Assembly: GCA_964016885.1 (NCBI GenBank) | Contig: OZ024747.1 | Span: 35,092,001 to 35,156,000, forward strand | Source of the DNA: Eledone cirrhosa | Lineage: Eukaryota | Direction of reading: 5' to 3' | Length of the DNA: 64,000 nucleotides | Shown here: positions 11,501 through 25,900 of the stretch, piece after piece | Numbering within the stretch: position 1 is the stretch's first letter | Layout of the letters: each line of letters starts with the position of its first letter | The notes under the pieces: model-generated | The model's database searches: none | What the model was told of the DNA's origin: nothing | Seen by the model: only the letters and a program-made list of their open reading frames with translations | Program-made: the position numbers and the translations under genes

Positions 11501-14500
11501 CACAGATAAAATAATGCCTTTACTCCAGTATCACTATTATTACTGCAACACAAATAAACTAATGTCTTTGCTCCAGTATCACTATTACTGCAACACAAAT
11601 AAACTAATGTCTTTGCTCCAGTATCACTATTACTGCAACACAAATAAACTAATGCCTTTACTCCAGTATCACTGTTACTGCAACACAAATAAACTAATGT
11701 CTTTATTCCAGTATCACTATTACTGCAACACCAATAAACTAATGTCTTTGCTCCAGTATCACTATTAGTGCAACACAAATAAACTAATGTCTTTATTCCA
11801 GTATCACTATTACTGCAACACAAATAAACTAATGTCTTTACTCCAGTATCACTATTACTGCAACACAAATATACTAATGTCTTTACTCCAGTATCACTGT
11901 TACTGCTACACAAATAAACTAAGGTCTTTGCTCCAGTATCACTGTTACTGCAACACAAATAAACTAATGTCTTTACTCTAGTAGCACTGTTACTGCAACA
12001 CAAATAAACTAATGTCTTTGCTCCAGTATTACTGTTACTGCAACACAAATAAACTAATGTCTTTGCTCTAGTATCACTGTTACTGCAACACAAATAAACT
12101 AATGTCTTTGCTCCAGTATCACTGTTACTGCAACACAAATAAACTAATGTCTTTGCTCCAGTATCACTGTTACTGCAACACAAATAAACTAATGTCTTTG
12201 CTCTAGTATCACTGTTACTGCAACACAAATAAACTAATGTCTTTGCTCTAGTATCACTGTTACTGCAACACAAATAAACTGATGTCTTAGCTCCAGTATC
12301 ACTGTTACTGCAACACAAATAAACTAATGTCTTTGCTCCAGTATGACTATTACTGCAACACAAATAAACTAATGTCTTTGCTCCAGTATCACTGTTACTG
12401 CAACACAAATAAACTAATGTCTTTACTCCAGTATCACTGTTACTGCAACACAAATAAACTAATGTCTTTACTCCAGTATCACTGTTACTGCAGCAGAAAT
12501 AAACTAATGTCTTTACTCCAGTATCACTGTTACTGCAACACAAATAAACTAATGTATTTACTCCAGTATCACTGTTACTGCAACACAAATAAACTAATGT
12601 CTTTGCTCCAGTATCACTGTTACTGCAACACAAATAAACTAATGTCTTTACTCCAGTATCACTGTTACTGCAACACAACTAAACTAATGTCTTTGCTCCA
12701 GTATCACTATTACTGCAACACAAATAAACTAATGGCTTTGCTCTAGTATCACTGTTACTGCTACACAAATAAACTAATGTCTTTACTCCAGTATCACTGT
12801 TACTGCAACACAAATAAACTAATGTCTTTACTCCAGTATCACTGTTACTGCAACACAAATAAACTAATGTATTTGCTCTAGTATCACTGTTACTACAACA
12901 CAAATAAACTAATGTCTTTACTCCAGTATCACTGTTACTGCAACACAAATAAACTAATGTCTTTACTCCAGTATCACTGTTGCTGCAACACAAATAAACT
13001 AATGGTTTTGCTCTAGTATCACTGTTACTACAACACAAATAAACTAATGTCTTTGCTCCAGTATCACTATTACTGCAACACAAATAAACTAATGTCTTTA
13101 CTCCAGTATCACTATTACTGCAACACAAATAAACTAATGTCTTTGCTCCAGTATCACTATTACTGCAACACAAATAAACTAATGCCTTTACTCCAGTATC
13201 ACTGTTACTGCAACACAAATAAACTAATGTCTTTATTCCAGTATCACTATTACTGCAACACCAATAAACTAATGTCTTTGCTCCAGTATCACTATTAGTG
13301 CAACACAAATAAACTAATGTCTTTATTCCAGTATCACTATTACTGCAACACAAAAAAACTAATGTCTTTACTCCAGTATCACTATTACTGCAACACAAAT
13401 ATACTAATGTCTTTACTCCAGTATCACTGTTACTGCTACACAAATAAACTAAGGTCTTTGCTCCAGTATCACTGTTACTGCAACACAAATAAACTAATGT
13501 CTTTACTCCAGTAGCACTGTTACTGCAACACAAATAAACTAATGTCTTTGCTCCAGTATTACTGTTACTGCAACACAAATAAACTAATGTCTTTGCTCTA
13601 GTATCACTGTTACTGCAACACAAATAAACTAATGTCTTTGCTCCAGTATCACTGTTACTGCAACACAAATAAACTAATGTCTTTGCTCCAGTATCACTGT
13701 TACTGCAACACAAATAAACTAATGTCTTTGCTCTAGTATCACTGTTACTGCAACACAAATAAACTAATGTCTTTGCTCTAGTATCACTGTTACTGCAACA
13801 CAAATAAACTAATGTCTTAGCTCCAGTATCACTGTTACTGCAACACAAATAAACTAATGTCTTTGCTCCAGTATGACTATTACTGCAACACAAATAAACT
13901 AATGTCTTTGCTCCAGTATCACTGTTACTGCAACACAAATAAACTAATGTCTTTACTCCAGTATCACTGTTACTGCAACACAAATAAACTAATGTCTTTA
14001 CTCCAGTATCACTGTTACTGCAGCAGAAATAAACTAATGTCTTTACTCCAGTATCACTGTTACTGCAACACAAATAAACTAATGTATTTACTCCAGTATC
14101 ACTGTTACTGCAACACAAATAAACTAATGTCTTTGCTCCAGTATCACTGTTACTGCAACACAAATAAACTAATGTCTTTACTCCAGTATCACTGTTACTG
14201 CAACACAAATAAACTAATGTCTTTGCTCCAGTATCACTATTACTGCAACACAAATAAACTAATGGCTTTGCTCTAGTATCACTGTTACTGCTACACAAAT
14301 AAACTAATGTCTTTACTCCAGTATCACTGTTACTGCAACACAAATAAACTAATGTCTTTACTCCAGTATCACTGTTACTGCAACACAAATAAACTAACGT
14401 CTTTACTCCAGTATCACTGTTACTGCAACACAAATAAACTAATGGTTTTGCTCTAGTATCACTGTTACTACAACACAAATAAACTAATGTCTTTGCTCCA

Positions 14501-17500
14501 GTATCACTATTACTGCAACACAAATAAACTAATGTCTTTACTCCAGTATCACTATTACTGCAACACAAATAAACTAATGTCTTTACTCCAGTATCACTGT
14601 TACTGCAACACAAACAAACTAAGGTCTTTGCTCCAGTATCACTGTTACTGCTACACAAATAAACTAATGTCTTTGCTCTAGTATCACTGTTACTGCAACA
14701 CAAATAAACTAAGGTCTTTGCTCCAGTATCACTGTGACTGCTACACAAATAAACTAATGTCTTTGCTCTAGTATCACTGTTACTGCAACACAAATAAACT
14801 AAGGTGTTTGCTCCAGTATCCGCTGTTACTGCAACACAAATAAACTAATGTCTTTGCTCCAGTATCACTGTTACTGCAACACAAATAAACTAATGACTTT
14901 GCTCCAGTATCACTGTTACTGCAACACAAATAAACTAATGTCTTTGCTCTAGTATCACTGTTACTGCAACACAAATAAACTAAGGTCTTTGCTCCAGTAT
15001 CACTGTTACTGCTACACAAATAAACTAATGTCTTTGCTCTAGTATCACTATTACTGCAACACAAATAAACTAATGTCTTTATTCCAGTATCACTATTACT
15101 GCAACACCAATAAACTAATGTCTTTGCTCCAGGATCACTATTAGTGCAACACAAATAAACTAATGTCTTTATTCCAGTATCACTATTACTGCAACACCAA
15201 TAAACTAATGTCTTTGCACCAGTATCACTATTACTGCAACACAAATAAACTAATGTCTTTACTCCAGTATGACTATTACTGCAACACAAATATACTAATG
15301 TCTTTACTCCAGTATCACTGTTACTGCAACACAAATAAACTAAGGTCTTTGCTCCAGTATCAGTGTCACTGCAACACAAATAAACTAATGTCTTTACTCC
15401 AGTTTCACTATTAGTGCAACACAAATAAACTAATGTCTTTATTCCAGTATCACTGTTACTGCTACACAAATAAACTAAGGTCTTTGCTCCAGTATCACTG
15501 TTACTGCAACACAAATAAACTAATGTCTTTACTCCAGTATCACTGTTACTGCAACACAAATAAACTAATGTCTTTGCTCCAGTATCACTGTTACTGCAAC
15601 ACAAATAAACTAAGGTCTTTGCCCCAGTATCACTGTTACTGCAACACAAATAAACTAAGGTCTTTGCTCCAGTATCACTGTTACTGCTACACAAATAAAC
15701 TAATGTCTTTGCTCTAGTATCACTATTACTGCAACACAAATAAACTAATGTCTTTGCTCCAGTATCACTGTTACTGCTACACAAATAAACTAATGTCTTT
15801 GCTCCAGTATCACTATTACTGCAACACAAATAAACTAATGTCTTTGCTCCAGTATCACTATTACTGCAACACAAATAAACTAATGTCTTTGCTCTAGTAT
15901 CACTGTTACTACAACACAAATAAACTAATGTCTTTACTCCAGTATCACTATTACTGCAACACAAATAAACTAATGTCTTTGCTCCAGTATCACTGTTACT
16001 GCAGCACAAATAAACCAATGTCTTTACTCCAGTATCACTATTACTGCAACACAAATAAACTAATGTCTTTGCTCCAGTATCACTATTACTGCAACACAAA
16101 TAAACTAATGTCTTTGCTCCAGTATCACTGTTACTGCAGCACAAATAAACCAATGTCTTTACTCCAGTATCACTATTACTGCAACACAAATAAACTAAGG
16201 TCTTTGCTCCAGTATCACTGTTACTGCAACACCAATAAACTAATGTCTTTACTCCAGTATCACTGTTACTGCAACACAAATAAACTAATGTCTTTACTCC
16301 AGTATCACTGTTACTGCAACACAAATAAACTAACGTCTTTACTCCAGTATCACTGTTACTGCAACACAAATAAACTAATGGTTTTGCTCTAGTATCACTG
16401 TTACTACAACACAAATAAACTAATGTCTTTACTCCAGTATCACTGTTACTGCAACACAAATAAACTAATGTCTTTACTCCAGTATCACTGTTACTGCAAC
16501 ACAAATAAACTAATGGTTTTGCTCTAGTATCACTGTTACTACAACACAAATAAACTAATGTCTTTGCTCCAGTATCACTATTACTGCAACACAAATAAAC
16601 TAATGTCTTTACTCCAGTATCACTGTTACTGCTACACAAATAAACTAATGTCTTTGCTCTAGTATCACTGTTACTGCAACACAAATAAACTAAGGTCTTT
16701 GCTCCAGTATCACTGTGACTGCTACACAAATAAACTAATGTCTTTGCTCTAGTATCACTGTTACTGCAACACAAATAAACTAAGGTCTTTGCTCCAGTAT
16801 CACTGTTACTGCAACACAAATAAACTAATGTCTTTGCTCCAGTATCACTGTTACTGCAACACAAATAAACTAATGACTTTGCTCCAGTATCACTGTTACT
16901 GCAACACAAATAAACTAATGTCTTTGCTCTAGTATCACTGTTACTGCAACACAAATAAACTAAGGTCTTTGCTCCAGTATCACTGTTACTGCTACACAAA
17001 TAAACTAATGTCTTTGCTCTAGTATCACTATTACTGCAACACAAATAAACTAATGTCTTTATTCCAGTATCACTATTACTGCAACACCAATAAACTAATG
17101 TCTTTGCTCCAGGATCACTATTAGTGCAACACAAATAAACTAATGTCTTTATTCCAGTATCACTATTACTGCAACACCAATAAACTAATGTCTTTGCACC
17201 AGTATCACTATTACTGCAACACAAATAAACTAATGTCTTTACTCCAGTATGACTATTACTGCAACACAAATATACTAATGTCTTTACTCCAGTATCACTG
17301 TTACTGCTACACAAATAAACTAAGGTCTTTGCTCCAGTATCAGTGTCACTGCAACACAAATAAACTAATGTCTTTACTCCAGTTTCACTATTAGTGCAAC
17401 ACAAATAAACTAATGTCTTTATTCCAGTATCACTGTTACTGCTACACAAATAAACTAAGGTCTTTGCTCCAGTATCACTGTTACTGCAACACAAATAAAC

Positions 17501-20500
17501 TAATGTCTTTACTCCAGTATCACTGTAACTGCAACACAAATAGACTAATGTCTTTGCTCCAGTATCACTGTTACTGCAACACAAATAAACTAATGTCTTT
17601 GCTCTAGTATCACTGTTACTGCAACACAAATAAACTAAGGTCTTTGCTCCAGTATCACTGTTACTGCTACACAAATAAACTAATGTCTTTGCTCTAGTAT
17701 CACTATTACTGCAACACAAATAAACTAATGTCTTTGCTCCAGTATCACTGTTACTGCTACACAAATAAACTAATGTCTTTGCTCCAGTATCACTATTACT
17801 GCAACACAAATAAACTAATGTCTTTGCTCCAGTATCACTATTACTGCAACACAAATAAACTAATGTCTTTGCTCTAGTATCACTGTTACTACAACACAAA
17901 TAAACTAATGTCTTTACTCCAGTATCACTATTACTGCAACACAAATAAACTAATGTCTTTGCTCCAGTATCACTGTTACTGCAGCACAAATAAACCAATG
18001 TCTTTACTCCAGTATCACTATTACTGCAACACAAATAAACTAATGTCTTTGCTCCAGTATCACTATTACTGCAACACAAATAAACTAATGTCATTGCTCC
18101 AGTATCACTGTTACTGCAGCACAAATAAACCAATGTCTTTACTCCAGTATCACTATTACTGCAACACAAATAAACTAAGGTCTTTGCTCCAGTATCACTG
18201 TTACTGCAACACCAATAAACTAATGTCTTTACTCCAGTATCACTGTTACTGCAACACAAATAAACTAAGGTCTTTGCTCCAGTATCACTATTACTGCAAC
18301 ACAAATAAACTAATGTATTTACTCCAGTATCACTATTACTGCAAGACAAATAAACTAATGTCTTTACTCCAGTATCACTGTTACAGCAACACAAATAAAC
18401 TAAGGTCTTTGCTCCAGTATCACTGTTACTGCAACACAAATAAACTAAGGTCTTTGCTCCAGTATCACTATTACTGCAACACAAATAAACTAATGTCTTT
18501 GCTCCAGTATCACTATTAGTGCAACACAAATAAACTAATGTCTTTACTCCAGCATCACTGTTACTGCAACACAAATAAACTAATGTCTTTACTCCAGTAT
18601 CACTATTACTGCAACACAAATAAACTAATGCCTTTACTCCAGTATCACTGTTACTGCAACACAAATAAACTAAGGTCTTTGCTCCAGTATCACTGTTACT
18701 GCTACACAAATAAACTAATGTCTTTGCTCTAGTATCACTATTACTGCAACACAAATAAACTAATGTCTTTGCTCCAGTATCACTGTTACTGCTACACAAA
18801 TAAACTAATGTCTTTGCTCCAGTATCACTATTACTGCAACACAAATAAACTAATGTATTTACTCCAGTATCACCGTTACTGCAACACAAATAAACTAATG
18901 TCTTTACTCCAGTATGACTGTTAGTGCAACACAAATAAACTAATGTCTTTACTCCAGCATCACTGTTACTGCAACACTAATAAACTAATGGCTTTGCTCT
19001 AGTATCACTGTTACTGCAACACAAATAAACTAATGTCTTTGCTCCAGTATCACTGTTACTGCAACACAAATAAACTAATGTCTTTGCTCCAGTATCACTG
19101 TTACTGCAACACAAATAAACTAACGTCTTTGCTCCAGTAACACTGTTACTGCAACACAAATAAACTAACGTCTTTGCTCCAGTATCACTGTTACTGCAAC
19201 ACAAATAAACTAATGTTTTTGCTCCAGTATCACTGTTACTACAACACAAATAAACTAATGTCTTTGCTCCCGTATCACTGTTACTGCAACACACATAAAC
19301 TAATGTCTTTACTCCAGTATCACTATTACTGCAACACAAATAAACTAATGTCTTTACTCCAGTATCACTGTTACTGCAACACAAATAAACTAATGTTTTT
19401 GCTCCAGTATCACTGTTACTACAACACAAATAAACTAATGTCTTTGCTCCCGTATCACTGTTATTGCAACACAAATAAACTAATGTCTTTACTCCAGTAT
19501 CACTATTACTGCAACACAAATAAACTAATGTCTTTACTCCAGTATCACTATTACTGCAAAACAAATAAACTAATGGCTTTACTCCCGTATCACTGTTACT
19601 GCAACACAAATAAACTAATGTCTTTGCTCCAGTATCACTGTTACTGCAACACAAATAAACTAATGTCTTTACTCCAGTATCACTGTTACTGCAACACAAA
19701 TAAACTAATGTCTTTACTCCAGTATCACTGTTACAGCAACACAAATAAACTAATGTCTTTACTCCAGTATCACTATTACTGCAACACAAATAAACTAATG
19801 TCTTTACTCCAGTATCACTGTTACTGCAACACAAATAAACTAATGTCTTTACTCCAGTATCACTGTTACTGCAACACAAATAAACTAATGTCTTTACTAC
19901 CGTATCACTATTACTGCAACACAAATAAACTAATGTCTTTGCTCCAGTATCACTGTTACTGCAACACAGATAAAATGATGCCTTTACTCCAGTATCACTA
20001 TTATTACTGCAACACGAATAAACTAATGTCTTTGCTCCAGTATCACTGTTACTGCAACACAAATAAACTAATCTCTTTATTCCAGTATCACTATTACTGC
20101 AACACCAATAAACTAATGTCTTTGCTCCAGTATCACTATTAGTGCAACACAAATAAACTAATGTCTTTATTCCAGTATCACTATTACTGCAACACCAATA
20201 AACTAATGTCTTTGCACCAGTATCACTATTACTGCAACACAAATAAACTAATGTCTTTACTCCAGTATGACTATTACTGCAACACAAATATACTAATGTC
20301 TTTACTCCAGTATCACTGTTACTGCTACACAAATAAACTAAGGTCTTTGCTCCAGTATCACTGTTACTGCAACACAAATAAACTAATGTCTTTACTACAG
20401 TATCACTGTTACTGCAACACAAATAAACTAATGTCTTTGCTCCAGTATCACTGTTACTGCAACACAAATAAACTAATGTCTTTGCTCTAGTATCACTGTT

Positions 20501-22900
20501 ACTGCAACACAAATAAACTAATGACTTTGCTCCAGTATCACTGTTACTGCAACACAAATAAACTAATGTCTTTGCTCCAGTATCACTGTTACTGCAACAC
20601 AAATAAACTAATGTCTTTGCTCTAGTATCACTGTTACTGCAACACAAATAAACTAATGTCTTTGCTCTAGTATCACTGTTACTGCAACACACATAAACTA
20701 ATGTCTTAGCTCCAGTATCACTGTTACTGCAACACAAATAAACTAATGTCTTTGCTCCAGTATGACTATTACTGCAACACAAATAAACTAATGTCTTTGC
20801 TCCAGTATCACTGTTACTGCAACACAAATAAACTAATGTCTTTACTCCAGTATCACTGTTACTGCAACACAAATAAACTAATGTCTTTACTCCAGTATCA
20901 CTGTTACTGCAGCACAAATAAACTAATGTCTTTACTCCAGTATCACTGTTACTGCAACACAAATAAACTAATGTATTTACTCCAGTATCACTGTTACTGC
21001 AACACAAATAAACTAATGTCTTTGCTCCAGTATCACTGTTACTGCAACACAAATAAACTAATGTCTTTACTCCAGTATCACTGTTACTGCAACACAAATA
21101 AACTAATGTCTTTGCTCCAGTATGACTATTACTGCAACACTAATAAACTAATGTCTTTGCTCTAGTATCACTGTTACTGCTACACAAATAAACTAATGTC
21201 TTTACTCCAGTATCACTGTTACTGCAACACAAATAAACTAATGTCTTTACTCCAGTATCACTGTTACTGCAACACAAATAAACTAATGTCTTTACTCCAG
21301 TATCACTGTTACTGCAACACAAATAAACTAATGGTTTTGCTCTAGTATCACTGTTACTACAACACAAATAAACTAATGTATTTACTCCAGTATCACTGTT
21401 ACTGCAACACAAATAAAATAATGTCTTTACTCCAGTATCACTGTTACTGCAACACAAATAAACTAATGGTTTTGCTCTAGTATCACTGTTACTACAACAC
21501 AAATAAACTAATGTCTTTGCTCCAGTATCACTATTACTGCAACACAAATAAACTAATGTCTTTACTCCAGTATCACTATTACTGCAACACAAATAAACTA
21601 ATGTCTTTACTCCAGTATCACTGTTACTGCAACACAAATAAACTAAGGTCTTTGCTCCAGTATCACTGTTACTGCTACACATATAAACTAATGTCTTTGC
21701 TCTAGTATCACTGTTACTGCAACACAAATAAACTAAGGTCTTTGCTCCAGTATCACTGTGACTGCTACACAAATAAACTAATGTCTTTGCTCTAGTATCA
21801 CTGTTACTGCAACACAAATAAACTAAGGTCTTTGCTCCAGTATCACTGTTACTGCTACACAAATAAACTAATGTCTTTGCTCTAGTATCACTATTACTGC
21901 AACACAAATAAACTAATGTCTTTGCTCCAGTATCACTGTTACTGCAACACAAATAAACTAATGTCTTTGCTCCAGTATCACTATTACTGCAACACAAATA
22001 AACTAATGTCTTTGCTCCAGTATCACTATTACTGCAACACAAATAAACTAATGTCTTTGCTCTAGTATCACTGTTACTACAACACAAATAAACTAATGTA
22101 TTTGCTCTAGTATCACTATTACTGCAACACAAATAAACTAATGTCTTTGCTCCAGTATCACTGTTACTGCAACACAAATAAACTAATGTCTTTGCTCCAG
22201 TATCACTGTTACTGCAGCACAAATAAACCAATGTCTTTACTCCAGTATCACTATTACTGCAACACAAATAAACTAATGTCTTTGCTCCAGTATCACTATT
22301 ACTGCAACACAAATAAACTAATGTCTTTGCTCCAGTATCACTGTTACTGCAGCACAAATAAACCAATGTCTTTACTCCAGTATCACTATTACTGCAACAC
22401 AAATAAACTAAGGTCTTTGCTCCAGTATCACTGTTACTGCAACACCAATAAACTAATGTCTTTACTCCAGTATCACTGTTACTGCAACACAAATAAACTA
22501 AGGTCTTTGCTCCAGTATCACTATTACTGCAACACAAATAAACTAATGTATTTACTCGAGTATCACTATTACTGCAACACAAATAAACTAATGTCTTTAC
22601 TCCAGTATCACTGTTACTGCAACACAAATAAACAAAGGTCCTTGCTCCAGTATCACTGTTACTGCAACACAAATAAACTAAGGTCTTTGCTCCAGTATCA
22701 CTATTACTGCAACACAAATAAACTAATGTCTTTGCTCCAGTATCACTATTACTGCAACACAAACAAACTAATGTATTTACTCCAGTATCACCGTTACTGC
22801 AACACAAATAAACTAATGTCTTTACTCCAGTATCACTGTTACTGCTACACAAATAAACTAAGGTCTTTGCTCCAGTATCACTATTACTGCAACAGAAATA
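8500..22900. repeat. Satellite domain B: patchwork of multi-kb block duplications (1530, 1980, 4548/4549 bp offsets)
   Basis: Matching variant strings in the ORF track: 11787/13317 and 12327/13857 (1530 = 34 units), 15163/17143 and 15433/17413 (1980 = 44 units), 9939/14487 (4548) and 10614/15163 (4549). Markers include gctctag, aatggttttg and aacaccaat. Confidence 0.8.
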
Positions 22901-25900
22901 AACTAATGTCTTTACTCCAGTATCACTGTTACTGCTACACAAATAAACTAACGTCTTTACTCCAGTATCACTATTACTGCAACACAAATAAAATTATGTC
23001 TTTACTCCAGTATCACTATTAGTGGAACAGGAATAAACTAATGTCTTTACTCCAGTATCACTGTTACTGCAACACAAGTAAACTAAGGTCTTTGCTCCAG
23101 TATCACTATTACTGCAACACAAATAAACTAAGGTCTTTGCTCCAGTATCACTGTTACTGCAACACAAATAAACTAATGTCTTTACTCCAGTATCACTGTT
23201 ACTGCTACACAAATAAACTAAGGTCTTTGCTCCAGTATCACTATTACTGCAACACAAATAAACTAATGTCTTTACTCCAGTATCACTGTTACTGCTACAC
23301 AAATAAACTAATGTCTTTACTCTAGTATCACTGTTACTGCTACACAAATAAACTAAGGTCTTTGCTCCAGTATCACTATTACTGCAACATAAATAAACTA
23401 ATGTCTTTACTCCAGTATCACTGTTACTGCTACACAAATAAACTAAGGTCTTTGCTCCAGTATCACTGTTACTGCAACACAAATAGACGAATGTCTTTAC
23501 TCCAGTATCAATATTACTGCAACACAAATAAACTAAGGTCTTTGCTCCAGTATCACTATTACTGCAACACAAATAAACTAAGGTCTTTGCTCCAGTATCA
23601 CTGTTACTGCAACACAAATAAACTAATGTCTTTGCTCCAGTATCACTGTTACTGCTACACAAATAGACTAAGGTTTTTGCTCCAGTATCACTATTACTGC
23701 AACACAAATAAACTAATGTCTTTACTCCAGTATCACTGTTACTGCTACACAAATAAACTAAGGTCTTTGCTCCAGTATCACTGTTACTGCAACACAAATA
23801 AACTAATGTCTTTGCTCCAGTATCACTGTTACTGCAACACAAATAAACTAATGTCTTTGCTCCAGTATCACTGTTACTGCTACACAAATAAACTAATGTC
23901 TTTGCTCCAGTATCACTGTTACTTCAACACAAATAAACTAATATCTTTGCTCCAGTATCACTATTACTGCAACACAAATAAACTAAGGTCTTTGCTCCAG
24001 TATCACTGTTACTGCAACACAAATAAACTAATGTCTTTACTCCAGTATCACAGTTCCTGCAGCACAAATAAACTAAGGTATTTGCCCCAGTATCACTGTT
24101 ACTGCAACACAAATAAACTAATGTCTTTGCTCCAGTATCACTGTTACTGCAAGACAAATAAATTAATTTCTTTGCTCCAGTATCACTGTTACTGCAAGAC
24201 AAATAAATTAATTTCTTTGCTCCAGTATCACTGTTACTGCAACACAAATAAACTAATGTCTTTACTCCAGTATCACTATTAGTGCAACACAAATAAACTA
24301 ATGTCTTTACTCTAGTATCACTGTTACTGCTACACAAATAAACTAAGGTATTTGCTCCAGTATCACTATTACTGCAACACAAATAAACTAATGTCTTTAC
24401 TCCAGTATCACTGTTACTGCTACACAAATAAACTAAGGTCTTTGCTCCAGTATCACTATTACTGCAACAGAAATAAACTAATGTCTTTACTCCAGTATCA
24501 CTGTTACTGCTACACAAATAAACTAATGTCTTTACTCCAGTATCACTATTACTGCAACACAAATAAACTAATGTCTTTACTCCAGTATCACTATTAGTGC
24601 AACAGAAATAAACTAATGTCTTTACTCCAGTATCACTGTTACTGCAACACAAATAAACTAAGGTCTTTGCTCCAGTATCACTATTACTGCAACACAAATA
24701 AACTAAGGTCTTTGCTCCAGTATCACTGTTACTGCAACACAAATAAACTAATGTCTTTACTCCAGTATCACTGTTACTGCTACACAAATAAACTAAGGTC
24801 TTTGCTCCAGTATCACTATTACTGCAACACAAACAAACTAATGTCTTTACTCCAGTATCACTGTTACTGCTACACAAATAAACTAATGTCTTTACTCTAG
24901 TATAACTGTTACTGCTACACAAATAAACTAAGGTCTTTGCTCCAGTATCACTATTACTGCAACACAAATAAACTAATGTCTTTACTCCAGTATCACTGTT
25001 ACTGCTACACAAATAAACTAATGTCTTTACTCCAGTATCACTATTACTGCAACACAAATAGACGAATGTCTTTACTCCAGTATCAATATTACTGCAACAC
25101 AAATAAACTAAGGTCTTTGCTCCAGTATCACTATTACTGCAACACAAATAAACTAAGGTCTTTGCTCCAGTATCACTGTTATTGCAACACAAATAAACTA
25201 ATGTCTTTGCTCCAGTATCACTGTTACTGCTACACAAATAAACTAAGGTTTTTGCTCCAGTATCACTATTACTGCAACACAAATAAACTAATGTCTTTAC
25301 TCCAGTATCACTGTTACTGCTACACAAATAAACTAAGGTCTTTGCTCCAGTATCACTGTTACTGCAACACAAATAAACTAATGTCTTTGCTCCAGTATCA
25401 CTGTTACAGCAACACAAATAAACTAATGTCTTTGCTCCAGTATCACTGTTACTGCTACACAAATAAACTAATGTCTTTGCTCCAGTATCACTGTTACTGC
25501 AACACAAATAAACTAATGTCTTTGCTCCAGTATCACTATTACTGCAACACAAATAAACTAAGGTCTTTGCTCCAATATCACTGTTACTGCAACACAAATA
25601 AACTAATGTCTTTACTCCAGTATCACTGTTACTGCTACCCAAATAAACTAAGGTCTTTGCCCCAGTACCACTGTTACTGCAACACAAATAAACTAATGTC
25701 TTTGCTCCAGTATCACTGTTACTGCAAGACAAATAAATTAATTTCTTTGCTCCAGTATCACTGTTACTGCAAGACAAATAAATTAATTTCTTTGCTCCAG
25801 TATCACTGTTACTGCAACACAAATAAACTAATGTCTTTGCTCCAGTATCACTGTTACTGCAACACAAATAAACTAATGTCTTTACTCCAGTATCACTGTT